Shown here: positions 1 to 9,900 of the stretch, in pieces
Position numbering within the stretch: position 1 is the stretch's first letter
Layout of the letters: each line of letters starts with the position of its first letter
From: Acidobacteriota bacterium
GTDB taxonomy: Bacteria; Acidobacteriota; UBA890; WLXD01
Length of the DNA: 64,000 bases
Reading direction: 5' to 3'
Assembly: GCA_965248695.1 (NCBI GenBank)
Contig: CBDFKD010000002.1
Span: forward strand, 2,112,001-2,176,000
Program-made: the position numbers and the translations under genes
The notes under the pieces: model-generated
Seen by the model: the letters and a program-made list of their open reading frames with translations, nothing else
What the model was told of the DNA's origin: nothing
Database searches by the model: none

Positions 1-1000
1 CCAGAAGGGCTCCTGCAGCGGCGAGCACGATGCTCTCGGTAAGCAGCTGGCGCACGAGCCGCCGGCGCCCGGCGCCGAGCGCCGCACGCACCGCGATCTC
101 GGTGTGGCGTGACTCCGACTGCGTCAACAGCAGGTTGGCCACGTTGGCGCAGGCAATGAGCAAGACCGCGGCGGTCGCCCCGAACAGAACCATCAGCGCC
201 GACCCGGTGTCGCCGACCACCACCTCCTGAAGGGCGGCCGTACTGGCGCTCCACCCGGAGTTGGAGTTGGGATAGGCCTGTGCCATTCGACCGGTCAAGC
301 CCTTGATGTCGGCATCGGCGGCGCTCAAGTCGACTCCCGGCTTCATGCGGCCGACGGCGTTCATCCAACGACCGAATCGGCCCTGTAGCGGGAAGTTGAC
401 GTTGGTCCACAGGTCCACTTCCTGAGGAAACGCGAACAACGCCGGCATAATCCCGACTACCATATAAGGGACCTCCTCGACCGTGATCGGCTGGTTGAGG
501 ATCCCCGCATCACCGCCGAACCGGCGCTGCCACAGGCCGTGGCTGAGAATGGCGGTCGGAGGCGCACCCGGAGCCCCTTCCTCGGCCGTGAAGGTCCGGC
601 CCAGCGCCGCCGAGGCGCCCAGCAATGGAAACAGATCGACGGTGACCAGCGCTGCCTTGACCCGGGTCGGGTTGTCGTCGCGATCACGGATTGTCAGGTT
701 GTTCGGCCAAAAGCCGGAGATTCCCTGGAACGTCTGCGTTTGCTCGCGCCAGTCACCGAGGTTTCCCGGTGAGACGGGCGACCGATCGAGCCCCTGGGCG
801 TCGTTGCGTTCCCAAAGCATCACGAGTTGGTGCGGAGCGTCGTAGGGAAGCGGACGTAACAGCACGGCGTTGACGACACTGAAGATCGCTGTCAGCGCGC
901 CGATACCGAGCGCCAGCGTAGCGGTCGTGACGAGCGTAAAGCCGAGGTTGTTGCGCAGCGACCGGAGCGCGTACCGGACATCCTTGGCGACGGTGCCCAA
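1..1000 (-). CDS. ADOP-family (duplicated orphan MacB/FtsX-type) ABC permease, 5' part; runs off window start
   Basis: Not in ORF track because it is open at the edge. Manual translation from TTG at 1000 (AGGAGG upstream): MGTVAKDVRYALRSLRNNLGFTLVTTATLALGIGALTAIFSVVNAVLLRPLPY...; later LLIACANVANLLL and EIAVRAALGAGRRRLVRQLLTES. Confidence 0.9.
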   Translation of the reverse strand, partial: MGTVAKDVRYALRSLRNNLGFTLVTTATLALGIGALTAIFSVVNAVLLRPLPYDAPHQLVMLWERNDAQGLDRSPVSPGNLGDWREQTQTFQGISGFWPNNLTIRDRDDNPTRVKAALVTVDLFPLLGASAALGRTFTAEEGAPGAPPTAILSHGLWQRRFGGDAGILNQPITVEEVPYMVVGIMPALFAFPQEVDLWTNVNFPLQGRFGRWMNAVGRMKPGVDLSAADADIKGLTGRMAQAYPNSNSGWSASTAALQEVVVGDTGSALMVLFGATAAVLLIACANVANLLLTQSESRHTEIAVRAALGAGRRRLVRQLLTESIVLAAAGALL

Positions 1001-1404
1001 CGGTGGACCTCCTGGGTTTCCTGGATCTTCGGACGCGGCTCGGGAGCGCAACGCAGGATGCATCTTCGGGTACCCGTAGAGATGCGTCCAAGAGAAACCC
1101 TCCAACGGCCCGGGGCGTCGCCGAACGGCCCGCCACGCCGGGTGATCGGCGTCGACCGGACCTGCTGAGGCGCTGCCTCGATGCCTTGTTCCGGGCGCGC
1201 TTATGCCTACTACTGACGTCTGCGCCTGGCCGGGCACCGGTCGGCTGTCGTCGGCCTCGGCGGTGCGGCCACACTTGGCCACTCAGAGGAGCTGCGCCTG
1301 GCCGCCGAGAAACGGGGCCAACCCATACGGATGCGACGCGCGCAGCAATACGCAGGCTTGCACAAGCCGCGGCGCTAGTGTCGCCTCGCGACGTCGAGCC
1401 CTGG

Positions 1405-3126
1405 TTAGTACCTCACCCGGGTGACGTTGGTTGCCCAGGAGCACGAGAAACCGCCGAAGCCGAACTTGCCGAACTCGCCAGTCAGCCAGACGTCTTCGGT
1501 TACCGGATCCGGCGCGACGCCGATGTAGTCGCCGGTGCGCACACGGACAGCGCGCTCGCCGGTCGGTAGTTGAATAATGCTCTGGGTTTGCAAGGTGCAC
1601 TCACCGGCGGCGGCAAATTTCGGCTTGTCGAAACCTCTCGCTAGGCCGGCAGCGTCGCCGAAAGCCAGCGCACCATTCTTCATGCCTGCGTACGCTGTAC
1701 CCAGCAGCTTGTTGTCGCCGCTGCGCAGAAACCCCGCCACTACGTCACCGCCGGGCGTGACCGCCACGCCCGGCCAGAAGAAGTACTCCTTCCGACGTCC
1801 AAACGTGTCTTCGAAATCGATCGAGTCGCCACCGTCATCGGGCGCGATGCGCCCCACTCGCACACACGTGAGGTTCGTACGCGAGCCCTTCAGCGAGCAC
1901 CCGGTGGCGTGTGTGAACCACAGTCGACCGTGCCGATAGACTGCCTGCTGCATCACCCGCGGGTCGCCGGTCTCGAGCAACTCACCGCCGCCACTTTGAC
2001 TGGCCTGCGGCGGGAATGTGTAGCGGTCGAGCGCCCGCACCTCGGCACGCGCGAGCTTGGGTCGAGCGGCGCCCCGGGCGCCCTTGGTGCTGATCCGGAA
2101 CAGGGTGTAGGTGGAGCCCCCCAGCACCTCGGAGCTCAAGGCGAACAGCGGATCGCCGGCGAGCCCACTGGCCTCATAGTGTTGCGCCGGCTGTACGGAA
2201 AACTCGCCGAGGTCGTTCTTGCGAAGGTTGAACTTGAAGAACTTGGCGGTGGGACACCTGGCGGCGTTATCGGCAATGACGCTCTTGTCGACAACGAACA
2301 GACGCGACTGGTTCGAAAAGCTACCGGAGAAAGGGAAGTTGTTGGTGCTGATCGCCAGCCAGCGCTCGCTCATCCCGAGCCCGGGGTAGTCACCCCATGT
2401 GTTGCCGAGCCTCGTACTGATGGCGTACTTGCACCAGTTGTCATCGCCGAGCGTAGCCGGCGCGTTGCTGCGGGACACCGAGAGGTATGCCCGCGCGTAG
2501 GCCGAACTGGCCAGATCGACCTCCAGCATGACCAGAAAGAAGCGCTCTGACAGCGGATCGTAGTGGGCCTTGGGATCCGTGATCGTGGGCTCCGTCGACC
2601 CACCGGTAACGGGCGGGAGTCCGAAATGCTCGGTCAACGTCTGGCTCACCGCGTTGTCCCCGGTGTGATCGGTCAAACGCACGGCGATATTCACCGCCTG
2701 CAGCACATGCTGTGGGCCCACGGCCAGCTGAGAATCGGGCGGGTAGACCCCGAGACCGAGCTCTCCTTGCCCGAGGCCGGGGAACGACGCCTTCACTCCC
2801 GGCGCCCGCGACAGCTCGGGCGCATCCGAGCCGAGTCGCAGGTGGCGGCCGACGGGCGCTTCCGGGTCGCTGACCGCAGCCTCCTTCAGCCTTTGCAGCG
2901 TCTGGCTGTCAAACGGGCTCTCACGTACCGGTTCACGGGACATTAGCCGCGGAGCGCGCGAGGTATCGAGCTGCCTACCGTTCGGGCGCGTTGCGCAGCA
3001 GGGTTCCACCTGCTCGATCTCATCGGCGTCCTGGAAGGCAGCTTGCGCCGCTCCCGGCGGCGCGCTCACGCCCGCGAGGCTAGCGCTGACGAGTGCGACC
3101 CACAGCAGGGGTTGGCTCGGTGTCAT
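1405..3126 (-). CDS. Secreted hypothetical protein, probable beta-rich/propeller fold
   Basis: Signal-peptide-like start MTPSQPLLWVALVSASLAG with AAGGA RBS; motifs PPDSQLAVGPQHV, DPKAHYDP, WGDYPGLG, GDYIGVAPDP seen in uncharacterised extracellular proteins. Confidence 0.7.
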   Translation of the reverse strand: MTPSQPLLWVALVSASLAGVSAPPGAAQAAFQDADEIEQVEPCCATRPNGRQLDTSRAPRLMSREPVRESPFDSQTLQRLKEAAVSDPEAPVGRHLRLGSDAPELSRAPGVKASFPGLGQGELGLGVYPPDSQLAVGPQHVLQAVNIAVRLTDHTGDNAVSQTLTEHFGLPPVTGGSTEPTITDPKAHYDPLSERFFLVMLEVDLASSAYARAYLSVSRSNAPATLGDDNWCKYAISTRLGNTWGDYPGLGMSERWLAISTNNFPFSGSFSNQSRLFVVDKSVIADNAARCPTAKFFKFNLRKNDLGEFSVQPAQHYEASGLAGDPLFALSSEVLGGSTYTLFRISTKGARGAARPKLARAEVRALDRYTFPPQASQSGGGELLETGDPRVMQQAVYRHGRLWFTHATGCSLKGSRTNLTCVRVGRIAPDDGGDSIDFEDTFGRRKEYFFWPGVAVTPGGDVVAGFLRSGDNKLLGTAYAGMKNGALAFGDAAGLARGFDKPKFAAAGECTLQTQSIIQLPTGERAVRVRTGDYIGVAPDPVTEDVWLTGEFGKFGFGGFSCSWATNVTRVRY

Positions 3127-3461
3127 GCTCGTCCTTTCTACGGCGCCAGGGCCGCGTCGCCGGGGCTTTGGCCAGGAAACCTCGGCACCGGAAGCCTCGT
3201 CGCCAGGGCCGCGGCACACCGGCGACCTCGTCACCAGGGGCACTCCCGACATTAGCAGGTGGGGGACGGCGTCTGCTCGGTGCCACTACCGGGGCGCCGT
3301 GACGGCGACCTAGCGACTCGTTTGTCGGGTGCTGACCGGCTCCGGCTCCTTGCTTGACGAGCACACGTCGACGCCCGCGGTTCTCTTGGCGATACTCAGT
3401 TGCTGAGCGTACCCCGTCCGCGGCGCTTGGCCATCGTCACATCAGCAACTGGAAGCAACCG

Positions 3462-6230
3462 ATGCTCTCGCCTGCTCTGACTGTTGTTATCAGTCTCCTG
3501 GTCGTAGCCGCCATCGGCTATCTGATCGGCTCCGCAACCGGAAAGCGCACCGCCTCACGGGGGCCAACCGCGATGATGCGCCGCCTGCGGGTCGAGCGCG
3601 ACGAGCTGGGCACGAAGCTCGTGGAGACCAAAGCCGATCGCGACGCATTGCGCGCTCAACTCGAACACGACGATCTCGAACGCGACAGTGGCAGCGTTTC
3701 GGCCTCGGAGGAGCTCCACCTGCGTGACGAAGCGCTGGCCGAGCTCCAGGTCCGATTGAACTCGACCGAGGACGAGGTCGAGGCAATGCGCAGTGAGAAC
3801 AGCGCCCTCGAGCATCGCTTGGCAGACCGTCAGACGGCCCTCGACATCACCATGAGCGATCGCGAGGTGCATGCGGGCCGACTACAGGAGGTGACGCGCG
3901 AGCTCGAGACCCTGCGGCGCCAGGCCGCCGACTCGTCGTCAGCTCTTGCCGAGTCGGGTGGCGCCGACGGCGAGACGCTGAAGAGCGATCTCGACAGGTT
4001 GCGTAGCCAGCTCAACAACCAGGGTGGGCAGCTGCGCGTCGCTCTCCAGACTCTGGTCACTCGAGACGAGGAGCTCGGGCAACTACGAAGCGAGCTCGAG
4101 TCCGAGCGCCTGGATCGACCCCTGGACGCGGACGGTCAACTGCTGGGCGCGTTGACATCCGACGACCGCACTCGAGCCGCCATCGGCGAGCTGGAAGAAG
4201 CGCGTGCCACCGCCGCCGAGTTGGAGGCACGGCATCTCGACGAGACCCGATGGCGTGACGAGCGCATCGCCGAACTGGAGGCCGAACCGGGCACCGCCTC
4301 CGAGGTCGAGACCTGGCTAGCGGAGGCGAGGCAAGGTCTGGCAGAAAGTGAAGAAGACCGTGCCCGATTGGCACTCGAGCGCGATGAGGCCTCCGAACGA
4401 CTCGCAGCACTGGAGGATCACGTCAGCGGCGGTGGCGACCGGGTCTCCCGCCTGCAGGAGGAGCTAGACGAGCTCGAGCGTCGGTACACACAGCAGCTGA
4501 GCGAGCTCGACGCCGAGGTTCAGCAACTCCGCCAGCGGCTGGAGGAGCGCACCGAGGAGATCCAGCGGCTGCGGGACGAGCGCCAACTTTCCGGTGAGCG
4601 CATCGACCGTGACGGCGATGAGCTACGCCAGGCAAGCGCTCAAGTAGAGGCGCTTCGGGCGGAGCGCGACGAGCTCACCGCTAGCCTGACGGCGCTCACG
4701 GGGGATTTTCAACAACGTGCCGAGGCGCTGCGTGGAGCCCGTGAAGAGGCCAAGACGCTCGAGAATGACTATGTCGTGCAGATCGAGCGCCGCGACCAGC
4801 AGCTGAAGGAGATCCAGTCGCGGACGGACTCGATCGGCGCACGTCTGCTGGACTCCCAAGAGCAAACTCGGGCACACGTGCTGCACATCGAGGAGCTCAA
4901 CGAATCCCTGCACACGCTCGAGGCGCGCCTGGCGCGCGACGGCGAACGCCGCGTTGACCTCGATCGACAGGTGGCCGAGCTCACGGAAGAGAATCAGCGC
5001 CAGGCCGAAGAGGCGGCGGTCAGCCTCGACGAGCGCAATACGACGGTCGAGCGCTTGGAAGAACGGCTCACCCAGCAGACGGAGATGCTTGGACGGCGCG
5101 ACCTACAGGTGAGGAACGACCGCGACCGCATCGAGTCGCTGCAAACCGATATCGAGGAGCGCACCGCGGCAGGCGAACGTTCGCTTCGAGAGCGCGACCT
5201 GGAGATGGACCGCCTGCGTCGCACGCTCGAGGCGCAGCTGGACGAGATCCGCACCGCCGACGAGACCGTGCAACGCCTCGAGCTGGAGGTGACCGGCCTG
5301 CGAGCCATGCTCGACCAGGAGCGCACCCAGGCCACCGAGGCGCAATCACAGCTCGGGAGTCGCGTATCAGAGCTGCAAGCCGCCGAGACCACACAGGCGC
5401 GAAACCACGCGCTGGTGCAGTCGCTGCAGGCCGACCTGACCGACCTGGAAGCGAGCTACGAGCGGCGCCTGCGCGAGCGTCAGCTGGAGCTCGACGGGAT
5501 TGCCGGGATGCTCCGCGACCGCGAGGCCGAGCTGGCGGAGATCGTGCTGGAGATCGAGCGCGCCAAGGCCGACGAGGAAGTCGCCGGCGCGCGCATTGAT
5601 CGACGCAACGCCCGTATCGAGGCGCTCGAGACCGAGATAATCCGCGGTGACGATACGCGCGAACGACTGCTACGCGAGCTCCACGAGCGTGAGCTCGAGT
5701 CTCGACAGATGCGCAGCCTGCTACGGGTCGAGCCCCCGAAGGGAGACGACCTGACCGTGATCAAGGGCATCGGCGCCAAGACCGCCGATCTCCTGAACGG
5801 TGCCGGCATCTTCACCTACAGTCAGATCGCCAGCTGGAACCAGAATGATGTCGAGTGGATCGAGGCTCGTGAGCCGCGCCTGGCAGGCAGGATCCGTCTC
5901 GAGGAATGGGTCGAGGGTGCCCGCGCGGCCGGGCGCGATGACTTCGGCAGCGTGCTCGGACCGAGCGAACAAGCTCACACCAGCTGCGCCGCCTGTTCCG
6001 CGAGCCGCGGCGAACCGAGCTCCTCGGCAAGCTCAGGGAAGCCGTCGGTCGGTCCGCGCCACCGTAGGGCCTCCGCTGAAGCAACAGCGATCGCGTCCGT
6101 CCGCAGAGTTGCCAAATCCCGAAACAACAACGCCTCGTCCCAGCTCGCGGAAAGCGCCGTCGCTAGCTTCTGGGCGCCTCGAACCTGCACTTCCCAGGCT
6201 TCAGCCGGCCGCGGAATCGCTTCGAGATAA
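3462..6230 (+). CDS. Membrane-anchored long coiled-coil protein with C-terminal HhH (COG3743/DUF4332-like) domain
   Basis: N-terminal TM helix (LTVVISLLVVAAIGYLIG), >700 aa of E/R/L/Q heptad-rich sequence, then DDLTVIKGIGAKTADLLNGAGIFTYSQIASW...RIRLEEWVEGA. Confidence 0.8.
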   Translation: MLSPALTVVISLLVVAAIGYLIGSATGKRTASRGPTAMMRRLRVERDELGTKLVETKADRDALRAQLEHDDLERDSGSVSASEELHLRDEALAELQVRLNSTEDEVEAMRSENSALEHRLADRQTALDITMSDREVHAGRLQEVTRELETLRRQAADSSSALAESGGADGETLKSDLDRLRSQLNNQGGQLRVALQTLVTRDEELGQLRSELESERLDRPLDADGQLLGALTSDDRTRAAIGELEEARATAAELEARHLDETRWRDERIAELEAEPGTASEVETWLAEARQGLAESEEDRARLALERDEASERLAALEDHVSGGGDRVSRLQEELDELERRYTQQLSELDAEVQQLRQRLEERTEEIQRLRDERQLSGERIDRDGDELRQASAQVEALRAERDELTASLTALTGDFQQRAEALRGAREEAKTLENDYVVQIERRDQQLKEIQSRTDSIGARLLDSQEQTRAHVLHIEELNESLHTLEARLARDGERRVDLDRQVAELTEENQRQAEEAAVSLDERNTTVERLEERLTQQTEMLGRRDLQVRNDRDRIESLQTDIEERTAAGERSLRERDLEMDRLRRTLEAQLDEIRTADETVQRLELEVTGLRAMLDQERTQATEAQSQLGSRVSELQAAETTQARNHALVQSLQADLTDLEASYERRLRERQLELDGIAGMLRDREAELAEIVLEIERAKADEEVAGARIDRRNARIEALETEIIRGDDTRERLLRELHERELESRQMRSLLRVEPPKGDDLTVIKGIGAKTADLLNGAGIFTYSQIASWNQNDVEWIEAREPRLAGRIRLEEWVEGARAAGRDDFGSVLGPSEQAHTSCAACSASRGEPSSSASSGKPSVGPRHRRASAEATAIASVRRVAKSRNNNASSQLAESAVASFWAPRTCTSQASAGRGIASR

Positions 6231-6868
6231 CCGTACTTCCGCAGGAGTGTCGAGCTCGACTTGGCCCCCCAGCCACGTACGCCTGGATAGCCATCGGCGC
6301 TGTCACCGACCAGCGCCAGGTAGTCGGGAATCGATCCAGGCAGCACACCGAACTTGTCCAGCACGCCCGCCACGCCGCGTACCGTCCGCGCCCTGCGGTC
6401 CATCTGGACGACGCGATCATCGACGACGCACTGCGCCAGGTCCTTGTCAGGGGTGCAAATGAACACGCGGCCGACGGTGTTGTCGGCCGTCAGAGCCGCG
6501 GCCGCCGATGCCAGCGCGTCATCTGCTTCGTACTTGCGCATCGGCCAGACGACAACGCCCATCGTCTCCAGGGCCCGCTCGAGGGGGGCGAACTGAATCA
6601 GCAGCTCGGGGTCGATGCCGTCGCCGCGCTTGTAGTCACCCCACATCTCGTTGCGGAACGACTCGATCACGTGATCTGTCGCCACGCCGATATGGGTCGC
6701 TCCGTCACGCAACAAACCGAGCACCGAGGCCAGCACGCCGCGAACAGCGCCGACCTCGTTCCCGGCGACGTCCTGGCTACGCGGCACAGCGTAGAAGTGC
6801 CTGAACAGCTCGTACGTGCCGTCGATGAGATGAACGTCGATCTTGGAAGCAGCTCCGGCAGCACTCAT
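5975..6868 (-). CDS. Stand-alone 5'-3' exonuclease / flap endonuclease
   Basis: HLIDGT, YKRG, YEADD, TPDKDLAQ, LVGDSADGYPGVRGWGAK (H3TH) motifs of the PolA N-terminal nuclease family. Confidence 0.92.
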   Translation of the reverse strand: MSAAGAASKIDVHLIDGTYELFRHFYAVPRSQDVAGNEVGAVRGVLASVLGLLRDGATHIGVATDHVIESFRNEMWGDYKRGDGIDPELLIQFAPLERALETMGVVVWPMRKYEADDALASAAAALTADNTVGRVFICTPDKDLAQCVVDDRVVQMDRRARTVRGVAGVLDKFGVLPGSIPDYLALVGDSADGYPGVRGWGAKSSSTLLRKYGYLEAIPRPAEAWEVQVRGAQKLATALSASWDEALLFRDLATLRTDAIAVASAEALRWRGPTDGFPELAEELGSPRLAEQAAQLV

Positions 6869-6943
6869 CGAACCAGTGTAGACGGCCAGGCGGTCAACGC
6901 CACTGGAGGTCGCCGACGGTCGAGAGACCGGGTCGAGCCGCGG

Positions 6944-8131
6944 TCAGGCGCGCATGCGATCCGGTCGGAAGAAGCGCCCATCAACAACGGTCGCGGGGAC
7001 CCGACAGCGTTCATACTGCACCGTGATCTCCATGTCGACCTGCGTGCCGAGCCGGGCGAATTCCGCGTCGACGGTTGCAAGAGCGATGTACCTCTTCAGC
7101 AACTTCGACCACACCTTGCTGCTCGCCCGCCCCACCTGGCGACCCTCCGCGTAGATCGGGACCGGCTCGCGGCACACCGTCATCGGCAGCTCGGGCATGA
7201 GGTCGGCGGCCATGTAGACTTCCTCGAGCGGTTGCCATTCGATCTCGAGGCCGACCACCCGGCGCCGCGGTCCAGCTTGCTTGGCGACCTTCAACGCCTT
7301 ACGCCCAACGAAGTTTCCCTTGTCGAGCTTGACCGCCCACCCGAGCCCGAGCTCGTAGGGAGTGACCAGATCGTCGTCGGTGTGGGCGAACTCCGAGCTG
7401 GTGTAATCGACGCTGATGAGGATCAACCCCGCCTCGACGCGAGCGATATCCATCGCCACGAGGCCGCACGGCGTCACCAGCCACGGCTCGCCAACCCGCA
7501 TCAGCTGATCCCATACCGGCAACGCCTCGGCGGCCGGGATCCAGATCTCGTAGCCCAGATCCCCGGTGAAGCCGGTGCGTGAGACATCGACGTCGACACC
7601 ACCAATGCGGGTTCGAATGCAGCGGAAAAACCCCAGGCCACCGATAGCGCCATCGGTGGCGTCGTCGAGCACGGCGCGCGAATGGGGTCCCTGCAGCGAC
7701 AACATGGCAATTTCGGCGGAGCGGTCGGCCACCTCCACCTGATACCCGACCGCGTTGCGCAAGATCCACTCGTAGGCCGGCTCGGCGGCGTAGATCTCGA
7801 AACGATCTGCCTCGTAGCGGAAGACCGTTCCCTCCTGGCGAACCATCCCGCTCGCATCGCACCACGGGGTGTAGACGACCTGTCCCGCGCTCATCCCGGA
7901 CGCGTCGTGGGTCACGATCCGATCGACCAGCGATGCCGCGTCGGCGCCGGCGACGGAGTACTTGTACAGCGGCGACAGGTCGATCAACGCCGCCGAATTA
8001 CGAATCGAAGCGTACTCCGGCTGCACGAAGTCGTTGTACGAGCTGACGCTCAGATAGCCTGACCACTGCGTCCAATCGTAGCTGTGGCAGAGCGGCTCGG
8101 TGCGGGGATGAAACGGGGTGCCGATGGCCAT
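6944..8131 (-). CDS. Aminomethyltransferase (GcvT-like, folate-binding) family protein
   Basis: LIDLSPL, SLQGP, SRTGFTGDLGYE, ARVEAG, PYELGLGWAV motifs; no gcvH/gcvP nearby. Confidence 0.88.
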   Translation of the reverse strand: MAIGTPFHPRTEPLCHSYDWTQWSGYLSVSSYNDFVQPEYASIRNSAALIDLSPLYKYSVAGADAASLVDRIVTHDASGMSAGQVVYTPWCDASGMVRQEGTVFRYEADRFEIYAAEPAYEWILRNAVGYQVEVADRSAEIAMLSLQGPHSRAVLDDATDGAIGGLGFFRCIRTRIGGVDVDVSRTGFTGDLGYEIWIPAAEALPVWDQLMRVGEPWLVTPCGLVAMDIARVEAGLILISVDYTSSEFAHTDDDLVTPYELGLGWAVKLDKGNFVGRKALKVAKQAGPRRRVVGLEIEWQPLEEVYMAADLMPELPMTVCREPVPIYAEGRQVGRASSKVWSKLLKRYIALATVDAEFARLGTQVDMEITVQYERCRVPATVVDGRFFRPDRMRA

Positions 8132-8160
8132 GGTGAGCGTCGTCCGTCAAATGACCGCCA

Positions 8161-8199
8161 TTCCACATGGTAGCCACTGTGTTCACAATGTGGGATACT
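8161..8199 (+). promoter_or_regulatory. Candidate sigma70 promoter with overlapping imperfect palindromes (possible IclR operator)
   Basis: TAGCCA-17-GATACT with TG extended -10; TTCCACAT...ATGTGGGA inverted repeat in the divergent intergenic region. Confidence 0.4.
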
Positions 8200-8303
8200 C
8201 GCGCCGCCCTCTATCTTAGCGAGGCGCGCCGGCAAGGGTAAGCTCACCGCCTTCACAACATTCGACCGGGTGCTCCTTGGCGCCCAGCAGAGCGTTCGGC
8301 CCG

Positions 8304-9896
8304 ATGAGTCAGTCCTACGACGCCATCATTATCGGTGGCGGGCACAACGGCCTCACCTGCGCCGCCTACCTGGCGCGCGCCGGTCGCCGCGTCCTGGTGC
8401 TCGAACGACGTCATCTGGTTGGCGGCGCAGGCGTGACCGAGGAGCTTTATCCGGGGTTCAAGTACACCGTCTGCTCGTATGTGGTGAGCCTGCTGCGACC
8501 GCAGATCATCGCCGACCTCGAGCTACCGAAGTACGGCTTCGAGCTGCTGCCGCTGGACGGCACGCTCACCCCGATGCGCAACGGCGATCACCTGATGCGC
8601 TGGCACGATGCCGGCGAGACGCGGCTCGAGCTGATGCGCCATTCGGCGGCCGACGCCGAGGCCTATGAGCACTTCGCCATGCTCATGTACCACCTCGGCA
8701 AGACTGTCCGGCCGATGCTGTCGATGACACCGCCGAACCCGACATCGATGGCACCGGCAACGCTGGCCAAGCTGGCGGAGGTCGCGCGCACGTTCGGCAA
8801 GCGCTCCGACTATCTCTACGATCTCGCCAAGCTGATGACGATGAGCTCGGCGGACTTCGTCGAGCAATGGTTCGAGACGCCGGCCCTGCTCGGCACGCTG
8901 GCGTCGAGCGGCATCATCGGTACGTTCCTTGGACCTCGGTCGCCGGGGTCCGCCTACGTGATGCTGCACCACTACATGGGCGAGATCGACGGCGAGTTCC
9001 GCGCCTGGGGCCTGCCGCGCGGCGGTATGGGTGCGGTGTCGGAGTCGATCGCCTCGGCGGCGCGTTTCTTCGGCGCCGAGATCCGTACCGAGGCCGGGGT
9101 GGAGCGCGTGCTGGTAAAGGGCAACAAAGTGACTGGCGTGGTGCTCGAGGGCGGCGAGGAGATCCAGGCGGACGTCCTTGTGTCCAGCCTCGATCCGAAG
9201 CGTACCTTCCAGAAGCTGATCGAGCCGGAACACCTGCCAGAGGATTTCCGCACCGACATCGAGCGCTACAAGATCCGCGGCTCTTCCGGCAAGGTCAACC
9301 TGTCGCTGGACGCCCTGCCCGACCTGACGTGCCTGCGACATCTCTCCGCCGATCAGCGCATCCCCTACTTGTCCGGGGCAATCTCCATCAGCCCAGACAT
9401 CGAGCATCTCGAGCGCGCCTACGACGACGCCAAGTACGGTCGCCACTCCCGCAACCCGTACATGGACATCGTCATCCCGTCGCTGATCGATCCGACCATG
9501 GCTCCCCCCGGGAAGCACGTTATGTCGATCTTCTGCGCCTACGCGCCGTACGAGCTCGCCGAGGGCACTTGGGAGGACAACCGCGACGCATTCGGAGACG
9601 CGGTAATCGACACGCTGGCGGAGTTCGTGCCCAACATCAAAGACATCATTCTTCACCGCCAGGTGCTGTCGCCGTGGGACATGGAGCAGAAGATGGGCCT
9701 CACGCAGGGCAACATCTTCCACGGCGAGCTAACGCTCGAGCAGCTGTTCTTCTTGCGACCGGTACCGGGATACGCCGATTTCACCACCCCCCTGCGGCGC
9801 TTTTACATGTGCGGCTCGGGCTGTCACCCGGGCGGCGGAATCATGGGCGCACCGGGGCAGCTCGCGGCACAACGAATCATCGCGGACACGGCTTGA
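8304..9896 (+). CDS. FAD-dependent oxidoreductase, phytoene dehydrogenase-like (COG1233/PYROXD2-like)
   Basis: YDAIIIGGGHNGL Rossmann motif; GNIFHGE; CGSGCHPGGGIMGAPG. Confidence 0.9.
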   Translation: MSQSYDAIIIGGGHNGLTCAAYLARAGRRVLVLERRHLVGGAGVTEELYPGFKYTVCSYVVSLLRPQIIADLELPKYGFELLPLDGTLTPMRNGDHLMRWHDAGETRLELMRHSAADAEAYEHFAMLMYHLGKTVRPMLSMTPPNPTSMAPATLAKLAEVARTFGKRSDYLYDLAKLMTMSSADFVEQWFETPALLGTLASSGIIGTFLGPRSPGSAYVMLHHYMGEIDGEFRAWGLPRGGMGAVSESIASAARFFGAEIRTEAGVERVLVKGNKVTGVVLEGGEEIQADVLVSSLDPKRTFQKLIEPEHLPEDFRTDIERYKIRGSSGKVNLSLDALPDLTCLRHLSADQRIPYLSGAISISPDIEHLERAYDDAKYGRHSRNPYMDIVIPSLIDPTMAPPGKHVMSIFCAYAPYELAEGTWEDNRDAFGDAVIDTLAEFVPNIKDIILHRQVLSPWDMEQKMGLTQGNIFHGELTLEQLFFLRPVPGYADFTTPLRRFYMCGSGCHPGGGIMGAPGQLAAQRIIADTA

Positions 9897-9900
9897 GCGC

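Noticed and set aside
3462-6230. Possible SMC/Wadjet-type defence or condensin protein
   Set aside because: No Walker A/B or hinge, has a TM anchor, and no partner genes.
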